Source: a bacterium
GTDB taxonomy: Bacteria > JAMCPX01
DNA length: 64,000 nucleotides
Direction: 5' to 3'
Assembly (NCBI GenBank): GCA_037439545.1
Contig: JBBIVV010000003.1
Span: 1-64,000 of the forward strand
Shown: positions 30,471 to 40,368 of the stretch, piece after piece
Layout: every line of letters begins with the position of its first letter
Numbering within the stretch: position 1 is the first letter of the stretch
Program-made: the position numbers and the translations under genes
The notes under the pieces: model-generated
The model's database searches: none
What the model saw: the letters and a program-made list of their open reading frames with translations, nothing else
What the model was told of the DNA's origin: nothing

Positions 30471-31688
30471 CTACTCGTACCGCAGCGCTTCTATGGGGTT
30501 GAGCTTGGACGCCTTGGTAGCGGGGTACAGTCCGAAGAACACACCCACTGCGAATGAGAAAAAGAACGCAATGGCGACCGGCAGGGCGTTTACCTGTATA
30601 GGTATCTTGATGAACGAGGCAGCCGTAAGGCTGAGCGCGGACCCGAGTATGATGCCGATGATACCGCCTATGGTACTGAGGATAATGGCCTCGAAGAGGA
30701 ACTGGAGCAGGATGTCCCGCCTTTTTGCGCCCACCGCCATCCGTATGCCGATCTCCCTTGTCCTTTCGGTCACGGATACGAGCATGATGTTCATAATGCC
30801 TATGCCGCCGACTATGAGTGCTATCGATGCGATACTTCCGAGGAAGATTGTCAGCAGGTTCGTAATGTTCATGATGGCGGACAGCATATCGGTTACGTTG
30901 CGGATGGTAAAGTCATCGTCAGCCTCGGCCTTTATGTTATGCCTCTGGCGCAGCAGAGATTCTATCTCCTGCTGGGCTGCATTGACGGACGAGCTCGATA
31001 TTGCTTTGACAAAGATCAGATTGAGATAGTCTATTCCGAGCAATTTCTTCTGTATGGTCGTATACGGCGCAAGGATCATGTCGTCCTGGTCCTGTCCGAA
31101 TCCGGCTGTGCCTTTTGATGCCATAACGGCAACGACCCTGAACGGCAGATTTTTGATCTTGATGATCTTGCCTATGGGGTCAATACCTCCGAACAGTTGT
31201 TCCTTTACGACCTGTCCGATGGCGCACACATTTGCCGACGCGTCTATGTCCTCTTTATCGAAGAAATTTCCTTCCGCAACAGGCCAGTCACGTATCATCG
31301 GGAAGCTTGCACCGACCCCCATGATTGTCGTTGCCCAGTTCTGATTTTGATATATGGTTTGACCGACCCACCTGACGCCGGGTGAAATATACAGTGCATC
31401 AGGGGCCTGGTTTGCTATTGCACTCGCATCCGACGGCATAAGGGTATTGACCGAACCGAATCCGCCATGTACCCCGCCCATCGAGGTACTGCCGGGAAAG
31501 ATCACCAGCAGGTTGGAGCCGAGTGCAGAAATCTGGCTCTCTATTTTTTTGCTTACACCCTGTCCTATTGAGACAAGCGCAACAACAGCAGCGATACCTA
31601 TGATAACACCGAGTCCTGTAAGAACAGAACGCATCTTGTTCTTGTAGAGCGCCCTTGTCGATACCTTGATTGCCTCGGGAAAGTTCAT
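30471..31688 (-). CDS. MacB-type ABC transporter permease
   Basis: RS.LT.LG.IIG, VGGIGIMNIMLVSVTERTREIGIR.A.GA, PIEALRYE. Confidence 0.95.
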   Translation of the reverse strand: MNFPEAIKVSTRALYKNKMRSVLTGLGVIIGIAAVVALVSIGQGVSKKIESQISALGSNLLVIFPGSTSMGGVHGGFGSVNTLMPSDASAIANQAPDALYISPGVRWVGQTIYQNQNWATTIMGVGASFPMIRDWPVAEGNFFDKEDIDASANVCAIGQVVKEQLFGGIDPIGKIIKIKNLPFRVVAVMASKGTAGFGQDQDDMILAPYTTIQKKLLGIDYLNLIFVKAISSSSVNAAQQEIESLLRQRHNIKAEADDDFTIRNVTDMLSAIMNITNLLTIFLGSIASIALIVGGIGIMNIMLVSVTERTREIGIRMAVGAKRRDILLQFLFEAIILSTIGGIIGIILGSALSLTAASFIKIPIQVNALPVAIAFFFSFAVGVFFGLYPATKASKLNPIEALRYE

Positions 31689-31719
31689 AAAAGCTCCTTG
31701 TTTCCATTTTTTCTGTATT

Positions 31720-31775
31720 CCCCTCTTAATCTAAGAGGGGTAACACGGAAGAATGCCCCTCTTATGTAAGAGGGA
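31720..31775. repeat. Tandem pair of REP-like hairpins
   Basis: CCCCTCTTA-ATC-TAAGAGGGG and CCCCTCTTA-TG-TAAGAGGGA. Confidence 0.7.
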
Positions 31776-31822
31776 TAACGCAGAAGCTTATATGTAACTA
31801 CGAAAGACTTTCTCATTTTAAG

Positions 31823-32554
31823 TTATTTCTGTCCATGTTCCACCGTGTCGGACACGACAAGACCGTCCTTGAATGTTATAATCCTCTGTGCATACTTGGC
31901 TATATCTTGTTCGTGGGTCACCAGTATTATGGTGACACCCATTTCTTCATTCAGATTTTTCAAGATGTTCATGATCTCATAGCTCGTTTTGCTGTCGAGG
32001 TTACCCGTAGGCTCGTCCGCAAGGATGATGCTCGGAGAATTGACGAGAGCCCGTGCTATCGCAACGCGCTGCTGCTGTCCGCCCGAGAGCTGCTGGGGAA
32101 AATGTTTCTCGAAACCCTTCAGTCCCATCATTTCAAGCAGCTCCAATGCCTTTTTCTGTCTCTCGTGTCTTGTTATACCGGAATATACGAGTGGTAATTC
32201 GACATTTTCCATGGCGCTCGTTCGTCCGAGCAGGTTGAAGTTCTGAAATATAAAACCGATCCTTTCATTACGGATCTCCGCAAGCCTGTCGGGTGTGAGA
32301 GATGAAACATCCGTTCCTTCAAGAAGGTAGTGGCCTTCTGTCGGTTTATCAAGGCATCCAAGTATATTCATAAAGGTTGTTTTACCGGAGCCTGATGCAC
32401 CTGTTATGGACACGAATGCACTCTCCGGTATTTGCAGGTTCACCTCTTTCAGTGCAGGTACGGCCACACTATCGAGGAAATAGGTCTTTTTCAGGCCTAT
32501 GGCCTTTACAACGATACCGTTATTGTCCTGTCTGATATCCTGTAACAACCTCAT
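31823..32554 (-). CDS. MacB/LolD-type ABC ATP-binding protein
   Basis: [37 protein letters not shown]. Confidence 0.96.
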   Translation of the reverse strand: MRLLQDIRQDNNGIVVKAIGLKKTYFLDSVAVPALKEVNLQIPESAFVSITGASGSGKTTFMNILGCLDKPTEGHYLLEGTDVSSLTPDRLAEIRNERIGFIFQNFNLLGRTSAMENVELPLVYSGITRHERQKKALELLEMMGLKGFEKHFPQQLSGGQQQRVAIARALVNSPSIILADEPTGNLDSKTSYEIMNILKNLNEEMGVTIILVTHEQDIAKYAQRIITFKDGLVVSDTVEHGQK

Positions 32555-33710
32555 CTCCTTCTTTCAGGTCACCTTGAACAAGCTCCGTAAAGTTGTTGTT
32601 CCTGATACCGGTCTGCAGAGGTATAGGTGCAAGCTTACTGTTTTTGTATACCCACACCTTTGTTATGCGGTACCACGCCTTTTTCTCATCCTCCGGGCTG
32701 CCTGCTTTTGCCCAATCCGGCAGTTTATTATGGAGACTGTAAGTCTTTATAAGCGTGTCTGCATCCTTTGGAGCAAATCTGAGTGCTGCATTCGGGATCA
32801 TCAAAATATTGTCTTTTTGACCTACGTCAATGGTAACATAGGTCGTCATGCCCGGTTTCAGTTTGAAGTCTTTATTGTCGACATAGATAATCACATCATA
32901 GTTAACGACGTTCTGGATCACGATGGGGGCATTCCTTACAATGGCGACCGTGCCGGTGAATACCGTATTCGGATATGCGTCGACGGTAAACTCCGATTTC
33001 TGGCCGACCTTTACCTTTCCTATATCGGTCTCAACCACATTCGTGTCGCTTTCCATCTTTTCAAGGTTTTCTGCAATATCGAACAAATCCGGTGTCTGGA
33101 ACGATGCCGCAACGGTCTGTCCAACATTTATATTGCGAGATACGACTATACCGTTCAGGGGAGAAATAATGCGTGTATTGTCAAGATTGAACTTCGTTGT
33201 ACTGTAATTTGCCTGTGCCTGAATAAGTGCAGCTTGAGCTGCTGAAAAATTTGCAGCAGCGACGTCATACGTCGCTTTTGTCGTCTCAAGGTCTTGTTTA
33301 GATATGAGCTCCGGAGGGAGTGAGATCTGTCTTTCATAGTTTGCCCTGTCAAGCTCCAGAGTCGCTTTTGTCTGCAATATACCTGCCTTGGCACTGAGCA
33401 AGCTCGCAGCTGCCTGTGAGAGTGCTGCCTCAAAGGGGGTCGGATCTATAAGCGCAAGGAGCTGGCCTTTCTTTACCATGCTGTTAAAATCAGCATAGAG
33501 CTTTATGATCTTTCCCGAAACCTGACTGCCCACCTGAACCTCGACTATGGGATTGATCTGTCCTGTTGAAGTTACGGCCGAGGTAATGTTCCCTCTCTTT
33601 ATATTTTCGAATGTAAGTGAAGGCTTTTTGTCCTTTTTGACAAGAACAACTATTATTATAATTACTGCCGCAAGTACTGTACCCGCTATGATCCAATATT
33701 TATTCTTCAT
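32520..33710 (-). CDS. MacA-type efflux periplasmic adaptor (membrane fusion protein)
   Basis: V.VGSQVSG.I..L..DFN..VKKGQ.LA, GQTVAAS.Q.P.LF, LKPGMT. Confidence 0.93.
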   Translation of the reverse strand: MKNKYWIIAGTVLAAVIIIIVVLVKKDKKPSLTFENIKRGNITSAVTSTGQINPIVEVQVGSQVSGKIIKLYADFNSMVKKGQLLALIDPTPFEAALSQAAASLLSAKAGILQTKATLELDRANYERQISLPPELISKQDLETTKATYDVAAANFSAAQAALIQAQANYSTTKFNLDNTRIISPLNGIVVSRNINVGQTVAASFQTPDLFDIAENLEKMESDTNVVETDIGKVKVGQKSEFTVDAYPNTVFTGTVAIVRNAPIVIQNVVNYDVIIYVDNKDFKLKPGMTTYVTIDVGQKDNILMIPNAALRFAPKDADTLIKTYSLHNKLPDWAKAGSPEDEKKAWYRITKVWVYKNSKLAPIPLQTGIRNNNFTELVQGDLKEGDEVVTGYQTGQ

Positions 33711-35028
33711 TGTCCGTACCCCCGTTTCCGATTACATATTCAAGGTTAGCTATCGATATATTATACGACGCAAGCGCTGTCGCGTACGATGATTCAGCAC
33801 TCTGGTAAGTGCTTGCGGCAGTCAGATAATCGAGATAGTTGTTGATCCCCGCTTTGTAGCCTTTTTCGGTAAGCTCCATAGTTGCTTCAGCCTGACTCAA
33901 GGTGTCTTTTGCAACTGCTATGCTCTTTTTTGCCTGTTCAAGGTTGTTGATCGCCGACTGAACTGAAAGCTCTACCGCAAGCTTTTGCTGGTCAATCGTA
34001 TAGCGAAGCTTCAGCATCTGTGCCCTTGCAACCTGCGTTGCCGAGGTACTCTGGAACCCCGAAAATATGTTAAAATCAAGCTCAAGCCCTATTGCCCAGT
34101 TCCAGACAAGAGGAAAGTCCTGCCCCGACCAGTTGTAGGAAGCGCTGCCCGAGAGCGCCGGCAGGTAGGCGCTTATGGATTGCTTGTATGAATAGGCGGC
34201 AGAATCGAGCTGTTTCTGCAGAGAAAGATAGTCAGGCCTGTTTCCTATGGCCTTGCTTATGTACAGCGCAGCATCGGGAGAGACGGGTGATGCAGTAAGC
34301 TCCCCTGTGAATCCGATGCCTGATGTAAGAGGCAGGCCCATGAGCGAAAGCAGGTTCAGCACGTATATCTGTTTTGAATTTTCCGCTGTTATCAGATTCA
34401 GTTTAATGTTTCCCAGACTTGTCTGTGCGCTCAGAACATCTATTTTTGTCTTGAGCCCCGCCTTATAATAAGTCTCTGCCTGCTGTAACTGCGTTTCCAT
34501 CTGCCGGAGCAGGTGTTTGTCAGATTCTATGATCATATTGTATTGAAGCAGATTAAAAAAATTCTGCTTCACCGTATAGATGAGCGTGTTGCGCGTCGTG
34601 GTGAGGTTGTATCTTGCCGCACGTACGAGTTCAGAGGCTGACTGCATGCCGAAATAGTTTTTGCCGAAACTAAAAAGCTGCTGACTGAGTGTTACCGATG
34701 CGGTGTAGTACGGGTAATTCGTATTGTCAGGCTGCTTATAGAACAAGGAGGTATAAGGACTCTTTGATGTGACGATAAGGTTCGAGGTGGTCCTTTGTGC
34801 ATCTGCAACAGCGTTTACCTGCGGCAGGATTGCAGATCGCGCAATGCCGTAGGTGCCCCTGCTCGACAGAACATCCATCTCTGATGTCCTGAGCTGGGGG
34901 TTATTCTCAAGGGTGGTCTTTAAACAGTCACGAAGGGTCATAACCTGTTGTTCGTCCGCCCGGGCTTTCGAAATCATGGCCGTTATGACGACGAAAGACA
35001 GTAAGATCGCTACGCTCAATGTTTTCAT
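33700..35028 (-). CDS. TolC-family outer membrane efflux protein
   Basis: Two OEP repeats (Y.AG...DVL.A); start re-called at 35028 giving signal peptide MKTLSV...ARA. Confidence 0.88.
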   Translation of the reverse strand: MKTLSVAILLSFVVITAMISKARADEQQVMTLRDCLKTTLENNPQLRTSEMDVLSSRGTYGIARSAILPQVNAVADAQRTTSNLIVTSKSPYTSLFYKQPDNTNYPYYTASVTLSQQLFSFGKNYFGMQSASELVRAARYNLTTTRNTLIYTVKQNFFNLLQYNMIIESDKHLLRQMETQLQQAETYYKAGLKTKIDVLSAQTSLGNIKLNLITAENSKQIYVLNLLSLMGLPLTSGIGFTGELTASPVSPDAALYISKAIGNRPDYLSLQKQLDSAAYSYKQSISAYLPALSGSASYNWSGQDFPLVWNWAIGLELDFNIFSGFQSTSATQVARAQMLKLRYTIDQQKLAVELSVQSAINNLEQAKKSIAVAKDTLSQAEATMELTEKGYKAGINNYLDYLTAASTYQSAESSYATALASYNISIANLEYVIGNGGTDNEE

Positions 35029-35033
35029 ACTAT

Positions 35034-35058
35034 AAACTCTTTTGCGCAGGGTTGTTCC
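35034..35058 (-). promoter_or_regulatory. Putative ECF sigma promoter upstream of the TolC gene
   Basis: Minus strand GGAAC-N16-GTTT, then 5 nt to ATG 35028. Confidence 0.5.
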
Positions 35059-35086
35059 CTCTCCCGGTACGGTAAAGGATATTCCC

Positions 35087-35569
35087 TTAACGATTGGGGC
35101 CATGGGGGCCAGGTCCTCTCTTCTCCCGTTTCGCCATAATATTCTCTATAAATCCAAAGAACTTCTTCTGCTGATCATTATTCAATATCGTTTTTACCTC
35201 CATGATATGGCTGACGACTGTTTTCTCGATGTTCTCTTGCACATCTCCAATGGCTTCGATGGTGTACTCAATCTTTTTGGGGTCGGGTTTATCAGTCTGC
35301 ATCAGATTCAGAAGTTGCAGTCGTTTTTGAAATAATGTTTGTTTCATCGCTCTTATCTGTGCATGAAATGATTGCTGGTTTTTCATCAGGAGATCTGCCT
35401 GATCCGAATTCAAGGTTAACTCCTTCATGAGGAACGCACGGCGTCCCGGGCCGAAAGGCGCAGGTTCATTGCCGGTATGCCGGTAATACAAAAAACCCAC
35501 AGTACCAAGAACGGCCATATTCAGGATTACTGACAGAAGCAGAAGGAACTTCAAGGTGCTATTTTTCAT
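35087..35569 (-). CDS. Spy/CpxP/ZraP-like periplasmic sensor protein
   Basis: N-terminal anchor L.LSV.LN..V.G, EL.L..DQ, IL..DQQ.KF. Confidence 0.8.
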   Translation of the reverse strand: MKNSTLKFLLLLSVILNMAVLGTVGFLYYRHTGNEPAPFGPGRRAFLMKELTLNSDQADLLMKNQQSFHAQIRAMKQTLFQKRLQLLNLMQTDKPDPKKIEYTIEAIGDVQENIEKTVVSHIMEVKTILNNDQQKKFFGFIENIMAKREKRGPGPHGPNR

Positions 35570-36008
35570 TGGTTCCCTCTAACATTGCCGTGTATGCTCC
35601 GGCGATGGAACCAGGCTGGACCGGCTCAAAGCTGTCCAGAGACAGCGACGATACAAGGGTTGTTTTCTGCTCCATGAACGTACTGCCCAGAAAACTGCCG
35701 GCCCTTGTGCCTATAATTATTATCGCGATTATAAGGACTGCCTCAGCAAGTTGTGTAAATACAGGGAAGAATGAGGGCCTTTTAACCTTGTTTTCTTCCA
35801 GAACAGCCATGACTCTTGTCGCAAAGCCATAAGGAGCGCTGAGCTTTTCCATGTTCGTGAAGGCATTATGGATGCCCTGTATCTCCTCAAGCTCTTCGGA
35901 GCATTTGATGCAGTTTTTTATGTGAGAATAGAACAATTCTCTTTGCAGTGATGTCATTTCACCGTCAATGGCAGCCGAGAAAAGTTTTTTTGCCTTTGAG
36001 CATCTCAT
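35559..36008 (-). CDS. zf-HC2 anti-sigma factor
   Basis: C.....S..IDGE......HI..C..C; single TM. Confidence 0.85.
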   Translation of the reverse strand: MRCSKAKKLFSAAIDGEMTSLQRELFYSHIKNCIKCSEELEEIQGIHNAFTNMEKLSAPYGFATRVMAVLEENKVKRPSFFPVFTQLAEAVLIIAIIIIGTRAGSFLGSTFMEQKTTLVSSLSLDSFEPVQPGSIAGAYTAMLEGTNEK

Positions 36009-36029
36009 TTCTTTCTCCTTATAGGATAT

Positions 36030-36055
36030 AACGCTCTATCCTTGTTTTTTGTTCC
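36030..36055 (-). promoter_or_regulatory. Putative ECF sigma promoter between sigma and anti-sigma genes
   Basis: Minus strand GGAAC-N17-CGTT followed by SD AAGGAG. Confidence 0.65.
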
Positions 36056-36098
36056 GTAAACAATGACGGATGTCCCGGTTTTACGGGGAAAATATGAA

Positions 36099-36689
36099 TT
36101 ACCTGTTTTCATGAGTAGCCTTTTCCAGCGGGTTAAACCCTTTCAGGAGTACTTTCAATTCTTCTCTCGCCCTTGAAATCCGTGATTTTACGGTGCCTAT
36201 GGATATGTCCATGACACCGGCAATATCTTCATAGGAAAGTCCTTCTACCTCTTTCATGACTATGACCGCCCTTAGTTTCTTCGATAATTTTCCAAGGGCC
36301 TGTTGCAGGGCAGCGGCCATTTGTCCGGACTCTGAAAGCATTTCAGGAGAAGGGCTGTCGGACGGTTCTTGCTCAACAGAGTTTTCATTATTGGGAAGGT
36401 GTCTGAATAAGGATTCTGAGACCGATCTCCGTTTATAGTCAATGCATGTATTGACTGCGATGCGGTATATCCATGTATAAAGAGAAGCATCCGGCTTGAA
36501 ACTTTTCAGGTTCTGATACGCTTTGAGAAATGTGTCCTGGGCCGCATCCTGAGCATTATGATGATCGCCGAGCATACGGAAGCAGAGCCCGTAGATAGTG
36601 TCCTGATAGGCAAGGACGATCTCCTGAAAGGCGGACGTATCCCCGTTTTTGAAGCGTTCAAGGATGACAGGATCATTCAGTTTTTTCAT
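36099..36689 (-). CDS. ECF sigma factor
   Basis: A.D..QD.FLKAY, TW.YRIA.N, GLSY.DIA....IGTVKSRI.RAR. Confidence 0.95.
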   Translation of the reverse strand: MKKLNDPVILERFKNGDTSAFQEIVLAYQDTIYGLCFRMLGDHHNAQDAAQDTFLKAYQNLKSFKPDASLYTWIYRIAVNTCIDYKRRSVSESLFRHLPNNENSVEQEPSDSPSPEMLSESGQMAAALQQALGKLSKKLRAVIVMKEVEGLSYEDIAGVMDISIGTVKSRISRAREELKVLLKGFNPLEKATHENR

Positions 36690-36710
36690 TCAGTTGGAAT
36701 CCGGTGAAGA

Positions 36711-37838
36711 TCAGAACAGTTCTGTAACAATGCCGTCCATCACGCACATGCCTTTTACCGTAAGGCTCAATTTATTGTCCGTAATGCGGATTAAACCGTC
36801 ATCCGTAAGATGCTGCAGCAGGACTCTGTTTTTTACAAGATCCGTATCGACGCCCTTCCATGTCCTGAGAGAAAGGAATATGTGCTCCAGTGTCTCTGCA
36901 TCGGTGTCCAGGACTTCAACCCTGCTTATGGGGAATGCGCTGTTGCCGTCGTTGCTGATTACCTTCTCCGTATACGCTGAAGGCGGGTATGCGTTTTCAT
37001 ACCGTGCCTGTGCCGTCATGCCAATCCAAGGCAGTCCTGTTTTGAAAAAGCCATGAGCGCCGGAACCTATCCCGAGATAATCGCCGCGCTCCCAGTAGTT
37101 CATGTTATGGACCGACTGAAAGCCTTTCTTTGCAAAGTTCGAGACCTCGTAATGGTCATAACCGGCATTGACCATTTCATCGTGGATACTCAAGTAGAGG
37201 TCCCCGAATGCCTCGTCGTTCAAGGGCTTGAAGATCTTGTCCATGGACAACGGGGTCCCCTGTTCTATGGTAAGGTAGTAAAATGAAACATGTTCGGGCT
37301 TGATTTTTTTTATACCGTCGAGTTCCTTTGCAATGTCCTGAGAAGGGATGCCGAATATGATATCCACATTTATATTTTTGAATCCAGCGCTCCTCGCCTT
37401 TTCTATCGCCGCAAAGGATGAATCAGAGTCGTGGAGCCTGCCGAGTGATTTGAGCACCGTGTCATCGAAAGACTGCAGCCCGATACTGAGACGGTTAATC
37501 CCTGCTCTATACATGGTTTTCAGCTTTTCCGGTGATACGCTTTCAGGGTTGGCCTCGATGGTAATCTCGCTGCTTTCATTTATTTTCAGGGACAAACTTA
37601 TTTCAGCGATGATTTGTTTTAATTGTTCCGGTTCCAGAAGTGAAGGTGTGCCCCCGCCTATATAGACGCTGCGTATCTCTCTGTTGGACAGGAACGGCCT
37701 GTAAAGCCTGAGTTCTGATTTCATGGCTTCTATATATGCATCCATATCGTTTGCAGCAGGTGCTGTTGACAGGAAGTTACAATACCTGCATTTCTTCTTA
37801 CAGTAAGGTATATGTATATAAACTGAATAAGGTTCCAT
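36711..37838 (-). CDS. hemW: Radical SAM heme chaperone HemW
   Basis: YIHIPYC..KC.YC, GGGTPS, YEVSNF, HemW-type HNMNYW. Confidence 0.85.
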   Translation of the reverse strand: MEPYSVYIHIPYCKKKCRYCNFLSTAPAANDMDAYIEAMKSELRLYRPFLSNREIRSVYIGGGTPSLLEPEQLKQIIAEISLSLKINESSEITIEANPESVSPEKLKTMYRAGINRLSIGLQSFDDTVLKSLGRLHDSDSSFAAIEKARSAGFKNINVDIIFGIPSQDIAKELDGIKKIKPEHVSFYYLTIEQGTPLSMDKIFKPLNDEAFGDLYLSIHDEMVNAGYDHYEVSNFAKKGFQSVHNMNYWERGDYLGIGSGAHGFFKTGLPWIGMTAQARYENAYPPSAYTEKVISNDGNSAFPISRVEVLDTDAETLEHIFLSLRTWKGVDTDLVKNRVLLQHLTDDGLIRITDNKLSLTVKGMCVMDGIVTELF

Positions 37839-37869
37839 AAATTATTACGGTAAATATAATGTCTATAAT

Positions 37870-38745
37870 ATGAGAATGCAAGTTAAAAACAATGGTCATC
37901 CATTGAAGTCGGCTCTGGAGGCTTTTTACGGACACTGCGGCTTGAAGCAGCATATTGCGCACGACCCCATTCAATTTCCGCACAGATATAAAAAGCCTGC
38001 TGACAGGGAGACCGCAGGGTTCATGGCTTCGAGCCTGTCATACGGGAGGGTAGACCTCTTTATGCCGGTGCTTGAAAAGATCTTCGGGATCATGGGACGG
38101 AGTCCCTACAGGTTTGTGCTGGGCTTTGATCCGCGGAAAGACGCCCATAGGTTTTGGGAAATAAAGAAGTACAGGTTTAACACCACAAAAGATATCCTTG
38201 CGTTCCTGCATTTGTTTTCCAGAATGCTCAGGACCTACGGCACGCTCGGAGAATTTTTTGCACAAGCGTTCAGCAAGGACGACCCCGATGTGATCCATGC
38301 CCTGTCGCGGTTTGTCAAGGCGTTCTATGATGGAGATACATCGGCAGTATACGGCAGAAACATCCGTCCGCCCGGACTTCTGCAGCTTCTTCCGTCTCCG
38401 GACAAAGGGAGCACGTGCAAGAGGGCAACGATGTTTTTAAGGTGGATGGTGCGGGCAGGGGACGGGGTTGATTTCGGCATATGGACATTCATACCCGCGG
38501 ACAAACTCATTATACCGCTCGACACGCATATCGCGAGGATAGCACGGCACCTTGGCTTAACGCAGAGAAAGACTACGGACATGAAAACAGCCATAGACAT
38601 AACAAACCGCCTGAAACAATTCGATCCGGCCGATCCGGTCAAATATGATTTTGCACTCTGTCATCTCGGCATTTCCGGCAAATGCCCGGCTAAAAGATCT
38701 AAACTCCTTTGCCTTTCATGCTCATTGAAAGACGTGTGCGTGTAA
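37870..38745 (+). CDS. TIGR02757/DUF2400 family protein (HhH-GPD-like)
   Basis: DPI.FPHRY, CKR..MFLRWMVR, D.G.W, PLDTH..R, DP.KYDFAL; Cys-rich tail; start may be 37876. Confidence 0.88.
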   Translation: MRMQVKNNGHPLKSALEAFYGHCGLKQHIAHDPIQFPHRYKKPADRETAGFMASSLSYGRVDLFMPVLEKIFGIMGRSPYRFVLGFDPRKDAHRFWEIKKYRFNTTKDILAFLHLFSRMLRTYGTLGEFFAQAFSKDDPDVIHALSRFVKAFYDGDTSAVYGRNIRPPGLLQLLPSPDKGSTCKRATMFLRWMVRAGDGVDFGIWTFIPADKLIIPLDTHIARIARHLGLTQRKTTDMKTAIDITNRLKQFDPADPVKYDFALCHLGISGKCPAKRSKLLCLSCSLKDVCV

Positions 38746-38851
38746 CCCGGACAATTTAATAGTTGCAATCATTTATAGATGTGTTACTCAACCTATAACG
38801 ATATGATTACAAACTGGATGAAAACAACCCCCCCGGCTGTGCAGAATACAC

Positions 38852-40243
38852 ATGCGTGAAGGCATAAAGCCCGGCAATGTACTCTGCCTCTATCCCTATG
38901 TGAAAGAGGTCCCTGTTTACGAGTTTTTCCCGCCCATAGGTCTCGAGTATGTGGCGACTGCAGTCAGCGACATGGTTAAGAGCATAAAGATCGTCGATTT
39001 CCGGTATGTGAAAGATCCCATGAGGTATTTTACTCCTTCCATCGATACTGCCCTGGTAAGTGTGAACTGGAATTACACGTTTGATCAGGTGTGTGCGGCA
39101 ATACGGGAGATACCGCAGCAGGTCAGGGTCATCGTGGGAGGCCGGCAGGCGACCGATTGTGTCGATGACCTGTTCAGCAGGTGCCCGAACATATCGGTGA
39201 TTGTCAGGGGCGAAGGCGAGGCGACCCTGAGGGACTTATTCAGCGGAAGACCGCTGGAAGAAGTAAAGGGGATCTCCTATGTGGACGACGGAAAGATTGT
39301 TCACAATGAATCCAGACCTTTGCCTCCTCTTAAAGAGGTGAAAAGACCCGACAGAAAACTCAGGACAACGACGTACCGGGCGACCATCAAGGGTATTGAC
39401 CTTGGGTTAAGCATCGATGCCATCATGAGTTCACGGGGCTGTCCTTACAAATGTAAATTCTGTACCTTCAAGCTCAATCCTCTTGGGCAGATGCGCGGGT
39501 GGGAGGCAAGAAGTCCCGAATCGACTGTTGAAGAAATAGAAGCTATAGATGCTGACTTTGTGGCATTTGTCGATGATAATTTTACCGCTGATATGAACCG
39601 GGTCGAAAAGATCTGCGACTTAATCATTTCAAAGGGAATAAAGAAGATGTTCCTGTGTAATGTCAGGATTGACATTGCCCGCAAGCCGGCATTGGTAGAA
39701 AAGATGAAAAAGGCCGGGTTTAAATTTTTGATGGTAGGACTGGAGTCGGCAGAGGATCGATCCCTGGTCGCACTGAAAAAAGGCTTTAAAACAGCCAAAG
39801 TGAGAGAGGCATTCAAGACCCTGTCCCGGTCAGGCATGCTCGTAAACGGATATTTCATCGTGGGGATTATCGGGGAGAGCGAACACGAGATGCTCGGGAT
39901 CTCGCGGTATGCCCGGGAGATAAATCTGGACTTCATTTCCCTGAGCAGGCTCAGGTGGGAGAAATTTTCTCCCTTAGAGGACGTCGTAAAAGAGACCCCG
40001 GGGTATTACATAGGCCAGGACGGAGGGATCTACTCTCAGGAATACGGGCGGAAGGAACTGACCGTAATCCTCAAGAAGATCGATCGGGCTTTTTATACTC
40101 CCCGGCAGATTACACAAATAGTACTCAAGGCATTCAGGCTCGGGATCCTGACACCACGGCGGCTGGGAAGACTTCTCTATTACGTGCCCTACATTCTCCT
40201 GAGGACACGGGCAAGTACTCGGAGACTGAAGAAGGGCAGGTAA
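38852..40243 (+). CDS. Cobalamin-binding radical SAM protein
   Basis: PP.GL.Y.A, VGG, RGEGE, SRGCPYKCKFC, F.DDNF, GLES. Confidence 0.9.
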   Translation: MREGIKPGNVLCLYPYVKEVPVYEFFPPIGLEYVATAVSDMVKSIKIVDFRYVKDPMRYFTPSIDTALVSVNWNYTFDQVCAAIREIPQQVRVIVGGRQATDCVDDLFSRCPNISVIVRGEGEATLRDLFSGRPLEEVKGISYVDDGKIVHNESRPLPPLKEVKRPDRKLRTTTYRATIKGIDLGLSIDAIMSSRGCPYKCKFCTFKLNPLGQMRGWEARSPESTVEEIEAIDADFVAFVDDNFTADMNRVEKICDLIISKGIKKMFLCNVRIDIARKPALVEKMKKAGFKFLMVGLESAEDRSLVALKKGFKTAKVREAFKTLSRSGMLVNGYFIVGIIGESEHEMLGISRYAREINLDFISLSRLRWEKFSPLEDVVKETPGYYIGQDGGIYSQEYGRKELTVILKKIDRAFYTPRQITQIVLKAFRLGILTPRRLGRLLYYVPYILLRTRASTRRLKKGR

Positions 40244-40333
40244 TACCATTTACGTGCCCCCTGGCGCGTCCTTTGATTTGACCCCTGAGCTGATAATTTA
40301 CCGGCTCCAGGATCCTGAACCCCCTGCAGATTC

Positions 40334-40361
40334 TTGACAATGTATACAAATTCGTTAAAAT
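40334..40361 (+). promoter_or_regulatory. Putative sigma70 promoter, leaderless CNNM gene
   Basis: TTGACA-16-TAAAAT-7-ATG. Confidence 0.6.
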
Positions 40362-40368
40362 AAAATGT

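Noticed and set aside
31720..31775. Mini CRISPR array
   Set aside because: Only two units, a spacer of about 15 nt and no cas genes
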